Below, in pieces: positions 1 through 16,194 of a stretch of 64,000 nt of DNA. Where the stretch lies: the NCBI RefSeq assembly GCF_018977255.1, contig NW_024704764.1:9114001-9178000 (forward strand), given 5' to 3'. The number at the start of each line of letters is the position of its first letter. The stretch's first letter is position 1. The notes beneath the pieces are model-generated. The model was not told the DNA's origin. It searched no databases and was given only the letters and a program-made list of their open reading frames with translations. Both the position numbers and the translations under genes were made by a program. The DNA comes from Callorhinchus milii. Taxonomy: Eukaryota.

Positions 1-1636
1 GTGCTGAGCCTGTGCAGTACGTTCAGCAGTCACAACAGTTCCCCGGTGAAGTGTTCTGTGCGTGTGCAGCCTTGTGTGAGAATATGTGTTTGAAGTCACA
101 GTTGTTGGGGGTTGGGGACAGTAGCTCATGGGAAGGTGATAGTGTCCAACACGAACCTACTTTTCAGTTTGAAACATTCACACATATGTACGTGCGCATC
201 GTCGTGTGAAAATTGTGGTGTCTCTCGCTCTCTTTCTTGTCCTTATTCCTCGTATCAAGAACAGACACTGGTCTATATGCTACTACCTGACCGCAGAATA
301 GCTTTGAATTTCTTAGCTTTTTTTTAAAAAAAAACGAAAAAACAGCCAAGCCAAAAAAACATTCCAGAGCATGTCATGCACTGTCCACATGAGCACAATC
401 AAATCGAAGGTCGGCAGGGATGGGTGATGTGTAACTTTGATTGTTATCTTGAGTCAACATGAACTGAGTTCATGCTGGGAAATTTTAACTGATGTCGTAG
501 AATGAAACCTTTCTCTCCCCCCTCCCAGGGCATCATTAAAAGGTTCATATTCAAGTGTCAGATTTGTAAGATCAATGAGAAGCGCAAATGATTCACTAGC
601 AAATGCCTGCTTAGCAATTTCATTGAAGTAATTACCTGCGTATCTACCGTGTATCTTGTTTGTTCGACTTTGCAGCTGCAGATTGGCTGGTTTGCAGAAT
701 ATTGTTTTGCCCACAAAATACACAGTCACTACACTCTGCAGTATATTCCGTGAAGCGCTTTGAGACGTCACAAAGACGTGATAAGGCGTTAAATCAAAAG
801 GGAGGCATTATTATTACTCGTCTCATTATTTCTAGGATGTTTCCAGTGTTAATCAGCTCTAATTAATCCCATTCTTTAAAGCGTTTCGAAGAGATTATTT
901 TCTCGCGCACGTTGCTGTATAAATGTGAGTTACGTCAGGCAGACATGAAGCATCTAAACATTGCAATGTAATTGTGTGGCAACTTATGTGCGTGTGTTTG
1001 TGTTTCTGCAGATGAAGTTGGAAGCACAGCTCAGATTGAGAACGGGAAGTGTTCGTGTGATTCCAAAGCCTCCACTTCAAAATCACGCTACTCAAACCAC
1101 CAAGGTTAGACCTTAACCTTCTATAATAATCATAATAATCCTTGCATTTGACATAGCGCTTTTCACGTCTTCTCGACGTCTCAAAGCTCTTCACAGAATA
1201 TGCTGTGAAGTGAATTGACTGTATATTTGTGGGCGGAACGCGGCAGCCAATTGCGCACAGCAGCGTCCCCCACAAACAGTCTAACTCGATTTAGTTTGTT
1301 TACAAGAGCAGTGTAGAGGAGATCTAATAGAGATGAGTGTTAAATCATGGGTGGGGGCTGTTGGTAAGATAAATAAAGGGGAAGTGGGTGACCAGAGGAT
1401 ATCAATGTAACACAATCAGAATAGCAAAGTAACAAGGAAAGTACAGAGGAGGGTTGAATATGTTGAAAGGTTGAAATGTGTTTGGGGTCTGTGGACGGTG
1501 TGTTTTTTGGGGGGTTTCTGTGGACGGTGTGTTTGTGGCGGGGGTCTGTGGATGGTGCGTTTGGGGGTGCTGTGGACGATGGATGATTATAATCAGATTA
1601 TAACCCATTGTCTGAAACATCAGAGAAACTTTATAA

Positions 1637-2518
<882 letters not shown>

Positions 2519-4196
2519 CGTCTCTCTCTTCCCCCCCCCCCCCCCCCCCCCCCACACTGACTGACATCTCTATTATTGTTGTTTTTATTATTATTATTCC
2601 GAGAGGAAATATCCTATTGTGAAATTCCTGTAGCTTAAGTGGTTAGAGCGCTCGCTCTAGGACCCAGGTTTGATTCCTGAGCCAGGGCGAAACGTTAGGT
2701 ATTACTCCCTCCATTCTTGGTGTCCTTATCGGGCAGGATCACAGTGTTTGGAACCCGTCACACATCAGACCGGTGCCTGCCTACACTTGCTCTCTGCAAT
2801 CACAGCCTTGTATAGAAGTTTAGTTACCAAATTAACAGTAGGAAGGAAGACTTCATTCCTCAGCGCAACTTAATGGGAATCTATTTTGGGTGACTCCAAA
2901 ACTCCTGCAATTGAATGTCAATGAAATTACGGTTTAAATAAGCTCTCTAGAAATCTATAGTCTCTCTAGATCTGGGTCACAGAGGGGTTGGTTGGCAGGT
3001 CTTCCTGATTCCTATGAATGTCGAGGCTAAAGAGAGAGATTTGCTGAGAATCCCAGACCCGTTCTGTGTATTCGCTCCATCAATCAGTTACTTCTCTGTC
3101 AGATTTTTATCTGTGTTCGGGCAGCGATGCCTGTTCCAATGTTCATCGGGATGGGCTGAATGGCGGCCCTTTTGTTTGTTTCGTTTGTTTCTGTGTTTTG
3201 AAGGGTTTTTCTTGCCCCCCACTCCCTCTTCCCCACCCCTAGCCCTCTATACAGACTGTACAGTAAGAAGGCTATCAGGGGCTCTGTTCCGAGGCTCATG
3301 ATCTGGCTGCAGGAACAACCTGGCTGATTGTTCTCCCTCCCTCCCTCCAGAAGGGGCAACTTGGCTTTGAGTCACGCCAAAGTTACCGTTGACAAAATAA
3401 ACTGGCCCAGAGCCCCACTGGGTTGCCATCGGGCATCGGAACATCCACCGTCGCAACTCGGGGCTTAATGTGGGAGATCCAGATATGGATTTTCAACAAG
3501 ATCAAACACACAGCTTTCGAGTACTCTTCCCCGCACACGCCTCAGGCTGCCTGTTGCACTCAGTTGTGGTTTGCCGACTGCAGCCCCGCCAGGTTCTGGC
3601 ACAAGCCGGGTAGTCCAGATTTTTGTTGGTTGTTTTTAAAAACTTGTACGGATTTGGAGGATCGGATCCCAGTAGCTTCAGTGAATCTAAATCTCTTGCT
3701 TCCCGGGCACGTTTCCCGCTCAAGATGGTGTTGCGCTAACCTGAGCCAAATGGATTTTGCACTTTGGGGGTACCGCATAGCTTAAGAGGTCACTGGTTCA
3801 GGAAATCTAAGCGCACTGTTGTAATCTGCAATCAAGCGACGGAAAGACGCAGATGTCATGTCGTTCAGTGGGTGGGTTTTGTTCTTTTAGTGTCTGGACT
3901 GGATCTCTCAAATCTTAGCCGTCAGGGCCTGCTGTCAACTATAATCACTACATACACAGCTGTTGTCAGGGACTTCAGCCGTGGTTAGAAATATTGTGTA
4001 TAATGTCACATTTATTTAAAATTATATATATATATATAGGTCTTAATATATACGGTGTTTAGGTGTAAAGAATAGTGTTGCAGGAATTTTTTTTAAGAAG
4101 AAAATCAGTAATTCGATATTCCGCTGTGGTCGTCTCATCTTTCCTGGCCCTCTCTGAAGTCTATGGAATAAGTGTGTTGTACGGTAAGAAAAAAAT

Positions 4197-4202
4197 AATA
4201 AA
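4197..4202 (+). terminator. Candidate polyadenylation signal of RUNDC1
   Basis: AATAAA after about 1.7 kb of AT-rich UTR-like sequence, just before a SINE. Confidence 0.45.
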
Positions 4203-7200
4203 AATTTGAACACTCAATCCACCCCTGTTTGTGGGGACGCTGCTGTGCGCAGTTGGCTGCCACATTTTGCCCACAAAAAACACAGTCAATTCGCTTTACG
4301 GTGTATCCCGTGAAGCGCTTTGAGACGTCTCGAAGACGTGATAAGGCGCTGTATCAAATGCGAGGATTATTATTATTAATACCTGATCATTGTTGGTCTC
4401 TGTGATCTGTAGTATTAAGACGTCCATCCCAAGTTATAAATAGCACAGATGTATTTTGATATCCAAACCACTTTCATTTATATTTCCTGCCCTTCCCAAA
4501 ATGGAGTTGTCTTAGGACTTCCTACCAACGTGAAAGACGCTACACAAATGTAATTTGCTGTCGTTCTATAATTCCCATATTTGCACTATAAACACATTAA
4601 TATGCACACCATATGTGTCTTAATCGCTGTTTAAGTGCATAACTAATCATTGATCATTAGTTCCATCTCCTGTGCGTGCTACATATAGTCTGAATAAGTT
4701 CAGGCACTATCCAACCAACAGAGCGACAAGATTTCAAAACTCTGGAGTTAACGCCCGACTTTTTCTGAATGACACACAGAAAGTGGGTAGAATCCTGCGT
4801 TAGATTTTGTACGTCGCGCTTCAGATTTGCGGCGGCGGCGGCGTTTAATGGGGTTGCGGCTTCAGCGAGTAAAACTCTGTGATCCGTTCCAAAGGTAAAG
4901 CTGACTGAATCAGAATGTATATATAGTTCAACAAATCTATCGTCGCTGAGGGCTTGCCCGCCTTTGTCTATGTTATTAAATTTATTTATAGAAGTTGCTG
5001 CTTGTTTTTATGTTTAAAATCTTGAAATGCAGATTGGGTGTTTTTAGTGACTCGCTGGAGACTGACTGGATTCAGTCCCGGGGCTATAGGTTTTTTTTCC
5101 ATAGATTCATAGAATGTTACGGCACAGAAGGAGGCCATTCGGCCCATCGAGTCTGCGCCGGCTCTTTGACAGAGCAATGTTAAGTGCTGCAGTTTCACCA
5201 GAGGAACCCAGCATTGAGTCAATCGAAAGAAGCTGTTCTCTCTGGGGGTCGAAGTTCTTTTGAATGGTTCCCGTTAATAAATGCACACCTTTTTATGAAG
5301 TAATTCATCATTTCGTCTTGGGAAATCCACGGTTGCGTTCAGTAAGTCTGTTACAAAAATGAAATGGGAGTGTGCGCCGTGATCCTCGGCATTCATTCGC
5401 GTCTTCTCAGTTAAACCATCCGTGTTCAACAACCATTTCGCTCACAAAAATATACAGTCGGTTTACAGTATGTTCTGTGAAGCGCTTTGAGACGTCTGGA
5501 AGACGAGACGCTGTAACAAATGCGAGGATTATTGTTATTAACCGTCATTTGCTTTTGTCTTAAAAATAAATATTGTAGAGCGATATTTACCAGAAAACAG
5601 AATTCTTTTACCTTCCTCTCTCTTTCCAGCCCCAGGCGATGAGAATATTCTGTACAGACATTAATATATACGTTTTCTTCTACCTATGTCCATGGATACT
5701 TAATACTGTCTTCTTTGCCTTGTGTTTTAAGACCATATAGATTGTGCCAATTTTGGGGGTAGTTTTAAAGTCTGTTTACTTGGGAGTGAGGTCTGTGTAT
5801 ACAAATGTATATTTTGGATTTATCGTCGTGTGATCATGCATTCATATGGAGTGGATCTTACTGTATTTGAAACTTAATGAAGTACCGGGAAGTGTGTGTC
5901 TAGCACTAATAAAATCTAGGCAACGATCTTAAAACAGTGTGTGTAACCTATTCAATGCGCAGTCAGTCCCCTTTGCGGTGTATTCTGCGAAACCCTTCGA
6001 GGCGTCTTCACGGCGTGACTTGAGGGTGCGGGAGGAGAGGAGAGGGAGAGTGCTCCGGGGTTTCGGGGCACGGTGGCCGGGAAGACCTCTTGCTTCTCGG
6101 CAGAGTTGAAAATGTTTATGGCGTCGTCCCCTGTCCCCTGATGTGAGTCCAACTGTATCACAGCCCATTGTGGCGTCTGGGCCTCCTGCCCACGCGGCCC
6201 GTGTCCTTATCGGGATAAAAGTGTCACCGGGAGCCCATGTGGAGTTGAGCACAGCGTTCGAAGGCCCGGCATCTCTCTTGCGCCCGCACTGGTCTTTCTT
6301 TCTTCGGCGCAATGACAATGGACGCACTTCGACACGTTATTAATCCGGCTGTCGATTATCCGCCCCAGCCCGCGCGAGCTCTCCCAGCCGACACTCGATA
6401 TCAGCCATGTCGAGGACTGCAAAGACTTCCTCGACCTGCCAGTTCTTTTCAGCTGCCAAGCAGCTTGCTCGGATGCCAGAGCTGGTGAGTGCAATGTTTA
6501 TCGAGCCGGTGGCAGTGCTGCTTTACAGTTCAGCGTCGGGATAAATACTCCTGTGCTCCCAACAAAGTCCCTCTAATCCAGTCTCATTACACCAATCACT
6601 GCTCCCGTCTGCACTTCTTTAACCTTCCTCTTTAATTGTACCTTCGGTCATCTCTCCCCTCCCTCCCTTATTTGCGACTTCTTTGTGATACACCGTACAG
6701 AATTCATCAAGGCCCGTATTCCACCGCGGTATTTTCTTCTATTAAATGCTCGTTTTATTGGTGCTCTTGAGGCGCTATCTGCGTGAACTGTACATAAATG
6801 TAAGTTGTTTGTGCTTTCCACTGTTGCTGCTTGAGCGTTGCCATCGCATGTTCGGCTCTCTCCCACGTTTGCGACTAAGTCCATTCAGCAGGTTTCACTG
6901 GACTGACCGGGGTCACCATCACCTGCTCTGCTAATCCTCTCGCGACAGCCTCTATAGAGAAGGTACGTGAGGATGGAGTGCTCACTGGAAAGTCTGATGT
7001 GCGACACACACTGAATCCCCTGAGAGCGTTGGAGGTATGAGTCAGTTCAGTTGGCTGAGTTCCAAGGACATTACTTTCCATGGTGTTCTCTGTTTACCTT
7101 GTGCAACCGTGTTAAATAAAATATATTTTAAGGCGCTTTTTCCATCTGTTTTTCTCCGCATTCTCTCCTGAAGATACTGGTTCCTTTATTTTTCTTCCAC

Positions 7201-8899
7201 AGGCAGAGGTATCCCTGTGGAAGAAAAATAACCCAACACCACTGATAGAGCGATTGAATATTTATACTTCTCGGCTTGCAGTTCAAGGTTAGTATTGAGT
7301 TTCCACCACCTCCGCCACCACCTCCAGAGGGAATGAATGAATGAATATAATAATGAGTGAGAGAGAGAGAGAGAGAGAGAGAGCCCAACAGAAAGAGTGT
7401 AATCTACTTTGCAAAGGGGAATGGACTGATAGGAAGTGAATAAATAATACAACACAGAGCTTTTAAACATCAAGGTGTCTCTGAGTGCTTCGTGGGTAGC
7501 GGGTTTCAAGTGTAGTGACTGTTGATTCGTCGGTGAATTATTTGCAACTGAGATAATTGCCATGACAGGTGGACGAAACGCCTTAAGAAAAGAGGGCGTT
7601 TCGTTTGGGAAACGAGTTTGGGATATCCTCCCGATTTGAAAGGCATCGCATAAATAATTTGTTGTTGATACTGCAAAGGGGAGTGCAGACTGGAGTGTGT
7701 TGGGGTCTGGGGGGGGGGGGTGTGGGGGAGGCCGCATTTTTAAGCAGAGAGACGACGAGTAGTCCTGAACTGTAAGCCAAGAAGTTTAAATATTCATCAG
7801 ACTCGGGCGGTGTTGATTTTGTTGTGCGGTTGGTTACGCGGCCGCTATTGTCTGAAAACGAGTGCCGATCGTATCATTGGAAATAACATTCGAGACCACT
7901 TATCGCTGCGCCAATTCAATCGCCATCGGCAGGTAACGGAAGAGCGCTCAATACGTGAGAGGGATTGGACTCCAAGCGAACGCGGTTTCACCAAAATCTC
8001 CCCAAATCCGTTGACTCGGGAACATTTTTAGTTGCGCTTTTTGGTTCCGGGGGTTCCAGTGAATGGGCTACGATGGTCATCTCTCTGGTGTCTGTCATGT
8101 TCGTGGATCATCTCTTGTGTGGGGGGGGGGGGGGGGGTGGGGGTGAATCGGCTGTAAATAAATAAAGTCGGGATCAATTTTCCTGAACCACGTGAGGCTC
8201 TGGGAGGTGCTGGATGAGACGTAAGCCTCAACAGGTCGGAGGAACGAGGCGATCTGTTTACGAAACCAGACTCCCGGACACACTGGAAAACACGTCCGCT
8301 TCCTAAGACGACAACACGACAACACGACGACAAGTACTTGCGTTTGTGTAGTGCCCTTCACGCGGAAAATAAAAAAATTGTATTTCCGTGTAAATTTATC
8401 AGGGTTAGGACCCGCCCCGGGACAGGCGGCTTTCGGAGAAGGGGGGCATTCGGAAAAGTAAAAGGGGTCTGGGGCGGTGGGGAGGGGATTGGGGAGGGGG
8501 GGGTGGGGGGGGGGAAGGCGAAGGGAGTACGATATTGGGAGAGGCAATGGGTCGGGAACGGCACCGAAATTTATACGGTCCTGTTAAGCTGCACTGCCGC
8601 CCCGCGCGCTCTCTCTCTCTCGCGCTCTCTCTCGCGCTCTCTCTCTCTCGCTCTCTCGCTGGCGGCTCCGGGCGGTCGACGCAGCTCATCGACGCCACTG
8701 AGTGGTTGGAGACGACTACTTCTACGTCCGCATCAACAGAGGATCATTAGGAGGATTGCACAGCGCAGAAGGAGGCCATTCGGCCCATCGGGTCCGTCCT
8801 CTCCCCCCCCCCCCCCCGCGCTCTCCCCCCTCCCAATAGCCCCGATCAACCCCACTCCCCCCCCCCCCCCCCGCGCTCTCCGCAATAGCCCGGATCAAC

Positions 8900-9560
8900 C
8901 CCTATTAATCATGACTGTCCTGACACTATTGATCACTATTGGGTTGACACTTTCTTTATATGCTGACACTATTGATCACTATTGGGATGACATTATTGAT
9001 GACGCTATTGATCACTCTCGGGCTGACATTATTGATCACTATTGGGATGACATTATTGATGACGCTATTGATCACTATTGAGTTGACACTATTGATCACT
9101 CTCGTGCTGACGCTATTGATCACTATTGAGTTGACACTATTAATCACTGTCGGACTGACACTATTGATCACTGTCGGGCTGGCACTATTGATCACTATTG
9201 GGATGACGCTATTGATCACTATCGGGATGACATTATTGATCACCATTGGGATGACATCATTGATGACGCTATTGATCACTATCGGGATGACATTATTGAT
9301 CACCATTGGGATGACATTATTGATGACGCTATTGATCACTATTGGGATGACATTATTGATCACTATCGGGATGACATTATTGATGACGCTATTGATCACT
9401 ATCGGGATGACATTATTGATCACCATTGGGATGACATCATTGATGACTCTATTGATCACTATCGGGATGACATTATTGATCACTATGGGGATGACACTGT
9501 TGATGACTATTGGGCTGACATTATTGATCGCCGACGAGATGACATTACCGGTCACCACTG
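8900..9560. repeat. Minisatellite built from 24-bp (attgatcactattgggatgacatt) and 12-bp (attgatgacgct) units
   Basis: Directly visible tandem array. Its period is a multiple of 3, which produces spurious repetitive ORFs (ITIGMTLL, VIPIVINN, DHYWDDII). Confidence 0.95.
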
Positions 9561-9669
9561 AGCGGACACCGTGGATTCCCCGCGGCGCTGTCGCCACCGA
9601 TCAGCTTCGGGCAGACAGTGGGGTTCGGGAGGGCTGCGAGTCACGTGCCCGAGGGGGGGGGCGGGGCGA

Positions 9670-9773
9670 GAGGACCGGATGTGACGCGACCGCCGCTGAC
9701 GTCAAGCGCGGGAGAGCCGGAGCCGCACTTCCTTTACCCCGAGCGGCGGCCATCAGAGCAGCAGCAGCAGCCG
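9670..9773 (+). promoter_or_regulatory. RPL27: RPL27 core promoter and non-coding exon 1 (TCT/5'TOP-like start, ETS-CRE, CRE, YY1-like sites) within a CpG island
   Basis: ccggatgtgacg at 9675-9686, TGACGTCA at 9697-9704, pyrimidine start cttcctttacc (C at about 9732), donor ccg|gtaacc at 9773/9774, gccgccat at 9781. 9560-10020 is very GC/CpG rich. Confidence 0.75.
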
Positions 9774-10239
9774 GTAACCCGCCGCCATCCCCGGCCATCC
9801 GCCCCCGGGGGGGCCCGAGCCGCGCCGCCGCGCCCCGGGAGGGGGGGCCCGGCTTCCGGTCTCGGGGCCCCGGGGGTTATTTCGCGGCGGGAGGGCGGGA
9901 TCGGGCCCCCGGGGGTGGGGGGGAGGAGGGGGGGCGTATGAAGCCTGACTCAAGGCCTCGGTCAGGCCCACACAGCGCTTCCGCCGGTCCCGTCGGTCCA
10001 GGTTCCCGGTCCCGGGGAGGGGGGGGAGGGGTGGGGGGGTCTGTGTGGGGGGGGAGGGGTGGGGGGTCTGTGTGGGGGGGGAGGGGTGGGGGGTCTGTGT
10101 GTGGGGGGAGGGGAGAGGGGGTCTGTGTGGGGGAGGGGTTTAATCACTGTTTGCACTTAACATGACTCGCGGCTCCACGCGCTCTGCTCTGTCTGTGCCG
10201 ATTAATGGGCGCTGGTTTATCAACCTGTGGTGGGGGGTT

Positions 10240-10465
10240 ATATGTGTCTGTGTGTGTGTTATAACTGTGTGTACATGTGTGTGTGTTATAACTGTGTGTA
10301 CATGTGTGTGTTATGACTGTACATGTGTGTGTGTTATAACTGTGTGTACATGTGTGTGTGTTATAACTGTACATGTGTGTGTTATGACTGTGTACATGTG
10401 TGTGTGTTATAACTGTGTGTACATGTGTGTGTGTGTGCTGTAACTGTGTACATGTGTGTGTGTTA
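10240..10465. repeat. TG-rich minisatellite (tgtgtgtgttataactgtgtgtaca-like units) in RPL27 intron 1
   Basis: Tandem copies directly visible. Confidence 0.85.
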
Positions 10466-11498
10466 TATCTGTATATTGTGTGTGATATCTATGTTGTCTA
10501 TGCTGTGTGTGTATGTCATACAGGTCATACAGGTGTATATCGTGTGTGTGTTACATCTGTGTGTGTGTATACACCTATGTGTGTGTGTGTGTATACATAA
10601 ATGAAATATACCGGAATAAAACCACACACACGGTATAAAATCACACATGCCACATGTATGAATCGTGCCGGTGTAAAATCGTACATAAAAAATGTGTGTG
10701 TGTATATATATGTGCGTGTGTGTGTGTGTATGTACACATATATGTATATATGTGTGTGTATATGTTTGCGTGTGGGTATACTTTATATCTGTGGAGACCT
10801 GTAGCTCAGGGGTTAGAGTACTCATCTCACAGCCTTGGCCGGTCAGGGCGAACCAACCTCGGGCAAGTTTCCTTACTCCGTGCACACGCCTCAAGGAAAA
10901 AATCATAATAATAATAATAATAATTCGGTCACTTCGATCCACAACTGTCTGTGAGGACACTGCCGTGCACAATTAACACCGACAAAAATATACAGTCACT
11001 CCACTTCACAGTGTATTCTGTGAAGCGCTTTAAGACGTCTCGGAGACGTAAAAAGCGCTATGTGAAATGCGAGGATTGTATTATGTCGCGGTATATTATG
11101 TGTGTGTGTGTCCGGGTAAATATAATAATAAATAAATAATCCTTGCGTTTAATATAGCGCCTCATCACGTCTTCCAGGCATCTCAAAGCGCTTCACGGGG
11201 TATACAGCAAAGTGAACTGACTGTATATTTGTGGGCAAAATATACGGGTGTGGTGTATAATCTGCATCTCATTTTCAAAAATATATTTTTCATGTGCGAT
11301 TTTACACCGGCACGATTCATACACGTGACGTGTGCGATTTTATACCGTGTGTGGGGTTTTATTCCGGTATATTTCATTTGTGTGTAAAAATGCCACAGGT
11401 TGCAATCACTTGCTTTTGAGCCCCATTCGGAGATTTGTTTTGAAAGTGCATTGCCTATTTTACATATACTGTGTGTTTCCTGTATACACTGCATATAA

Positions 11499-13534
<2,036 letters not shown>

Positions 13535-14084
13535 TCTGTAATGTTCTGCCAATAAATATTCCTTTCAAAGACGCCTTGTGCGTTCGATTTGTTCACTGTG
13601 TCTGTGTGTCTGTGTGTGTGTGTGTGCGGTGGCTGCACTTCTTACTGCCGGGAACTTTCTTCACCGGTGTACGCGAGAGAGAAACATTAGTGTGATTCCT
13701 AGTGTGTTTCACGCAAGGACCCATAAACAGCCGTGCGGGTTAATGAACCGTTACTTCAAAGATGCTTGGAGTGAGGGTGCCGGGGGAAGCTCCCGTCTCT
13801 ATTTCAAATTGTTTTGTGGGGTATTTAAGAGGCTTTCTGGAGATGGAAAGGCCGCTGTCGACACAGTGCTGGCACAGGGCGGGGGCGCCCACAACATTCT
13901 GCCCCAGAGTGGAGAGTGCAGTCAGCGCCTTCAGGTTTATCATTGAGCACCGCTCGCTGGTCAGCAATGACACCGGACAGGTTTTGCCTACAAACAGTCA
14001 CTGCACTTTGCAGAAAATGCTGCGAAGTACGTTCAGATGTTTCAACAACAACATTACCCCAACAACAGCATCGGGTAATCCTCG

Positions 14085-14880
14085 ATGACCCCAGTCCTTG
14101 CCAGACTGCACTGGCTGCCCATTCAGGGCCTCGCTCCCTCCTACCTCTCCGACCTGCTATCATACCCCTACCTACCTGCCCGTACCCTCCGTTCCTCTGG
14201 CTCCGGTCTGCTCCACATCCCCCGCCCCAACCGTCCTACCATCGGTGGCCTTGAGCCTCTCAGCCCCGAGGCTCTGGAACTCCATCCCCCAATGCCTTTG
14301 CCGCTTCCTCCCTTTCCTCCTTCAAGGCCGGTCTCAAGACCTTTCTCTTCGACCGTACCTTCAGCTCCTCTCGACTCTCTACCCCCTCCTCGCTCCCTCC
14401 CTTCACCCTGACCATTCCCCCCCCCCGCTTGGGTCCCGACCCAACTGTCCAGCACCTTGGGACATCCTCCCGACGTGAAAGGCGCTCTATAAATGAAATC
14501 TTGTTGTCCCATGAGAGGATCAACTTTAAGATCCTCACTCTTGTCTTCAAATCTCTGCACTCCCCGACCTCTCTGACCCCCTCTTCTCACAGCAGTGCCT
14601 GTTGCCTTCACTCCACCGGGTCTGGCCTCCTTGTTCCCCCGAATCCTCCGCTCCACCCTCGGCGGCCGTGTCTTCAGCCACTACGCCCCGAGGCTCTGGA
14701 ACTCCCTCACTCCCTTCGCCTCGCCCCCTCTCTTCCTATTTTCAGGTCTCGCCTGAAGACCTTTCTTTTCGACCGCGCCTTTGGTCACCCCTCCCCCTCC
14801 CCCCTGCTCGACCCCGGGATCCGTTACCGCGAAGCGCTCTTGAGGCGCCGTCCGGCGTGGAGGGGCGCCGTATAAACCCA
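14085..14880 (+). mobile_element. Two 3'-terminal fragments of an L2-clade LINE
   Basis: Degenerate TPVLARLHWLPI..GLAPSYLSDLL..PARTLRSSGSGLLHIP..PRLWNS..FRSRLKTFLFDRAF, typical of the L2 ORF2 C-terminus, followed by the tail cttgggacatcctcccgacgtgaaaggcgctctataaatg. Confidence 0.8.
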
Positions 14881-15006
14881 AGTTCTCGCCGTTCTATCCT
14901 GCGAAGCGCTTTGAGACGTCCCAACGGCGTGAGAAGGCGCCGCATCAAACCCAAGGATGATTATTATTATTTCACTGAGAGGGAAAGGTGAGGGTTGGAG
15001 TTTGTG

Positions 15007-15330
15007 GAGTCCTGTAGCTCAGTGGTTAGAGCACTCGCTTTGCGAGCGAGAGACCCGAGTTCAATCCCCGGGGGGGGGGGGGGTCAGTCAGGGCCAAACC
15101 TCGGGCCAGTTTCCTTACTCCACACGGAGCCCCTAATAATAACCCCTCCAAAAAAAAAACCCAAAACAATAATAAATCGGCCATCTTCAATCCGCGACTG
15201 TTCGTGGGGGGGGACAGTGCTGTGCGCCGTCGGCCGCCGCGTTCGCCCACCGGTGTACGGTGTGTCCTGCGAAAGGCGCTTCGGGGCGTCTCGGAGACGT
15301 GAGCGGCGCTGTATGGAACGCGAGGATCCA
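15007..15330 (+). mobile_element. tRNA(Ala)-derived SINE with L2-like tail (dominant family, dozens of copies or tails in the window)
   Basis: A/B-box head gtcctgtagctcagtggttagagcactcgctttgc...gagttcaatccc, central gggccagtttccttactccacac, diverged tail of the family consensus gtgaagcgctttgagacgtctcgaagacgtgataaggcgct..caaatgcgaggattatt. Confidence 0.85.
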
Positions 15331-15680
15331 TTCTTACCACTGTTGTCATTAGTACTGAGGCCACTTTGGCCCCGAGTGAGGGCTGTGTGGGTGGTGTTCC
15401 CTTCAGGAGATGCGCGTCCCTCCAACTTCCTGAAGAAGAAGCCACAAAGTGCGAAGAGTGGCACCGAATTGCGTGGAGCGCGTAACCCGCAAATGGGGAC
15501 ACCATTGCGTTGATTCGAACCGTTTGGCACTGCGCTGCGGGTGGAGATCGCGCACTCAGGTGGGACTTCAGAAACCCTCTGCACTGTGTGCATTTCGAGA
15601 AAAAAAAAGGGATTCTTTTTCTTTTCGGATCGTTTTGCGCCGTTGAACGAATGTGAATGCGAAACCATCGCCAACGAATC

Positions 15681-15692
15681 GAAAGCGAAAGC
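15681..15692 (+). promoter_or_regulatory. IRF-E/ISRE in the putative IFI35 promoter
   Basis: GAAAGCGAAAGC fits the IRF consensus GAAANNGAAA, with gaatgcgaaacc just upstream. A candidate first-exon donor aaa|gtgagg follows at 15776/15777. Confidence 0.7.
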
Positions 15693-16194
15693 TTCGCAAA
15701 AAGGACTCCGCAGTACCAGAGGTTATCTCTGTCTGTTTCCACTTCCTCTGGATTTTGCTTCTATCTTCTTTATAAAGTGAGGGTATTTATTTATTTTCCT
15801 TCCCCCCCCACACCCCACACCCCCCCCCACCACCCCCACACCCCCCCCCCTCCCCCCCACCCCCCCACCTGCTTTTTTCCCCCCGAGAATCCGGGTGGAT
15901 AGGGTTTTTTTTTCACATTAAAGAGAGGTAAAGTGATGTGACAAACTCAAGCTTTAAAATCGTAGCAAATGTCCTACTTAATGTTTAAATAACTTATATG
16001 TCTTCGTTATGTCACTCTATACCCTCCTCCACATAATGGGAAATGCTGTGTTACACCCCCAGGTCTCACTGGTTAAATAACACAGCGGTTTAAATGTCCC
16101 CCCAGTCAACTTAATCCACATTTTTCTTAAGATACATATGTCTGATTCTGTGACAGGGCCTAACAGAGGGGCAGCGAAGAAGACATCTCCAGTC

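Noticed and set aside
8900-9560. CRISPR-like appearance of the repeat array
   Set aside because: No unique spacers, no cas genes, and a eukaryotic context.
8956-10165. 401-aa and 213-aa ORFs over the minisatellite (ITIGMTLL / VIPIVINN repeats)
   Set aside because: Open only because the repeat period is a multiple of 3. They run into the GC-rich RPL27 promoter and show no splice or family signal.
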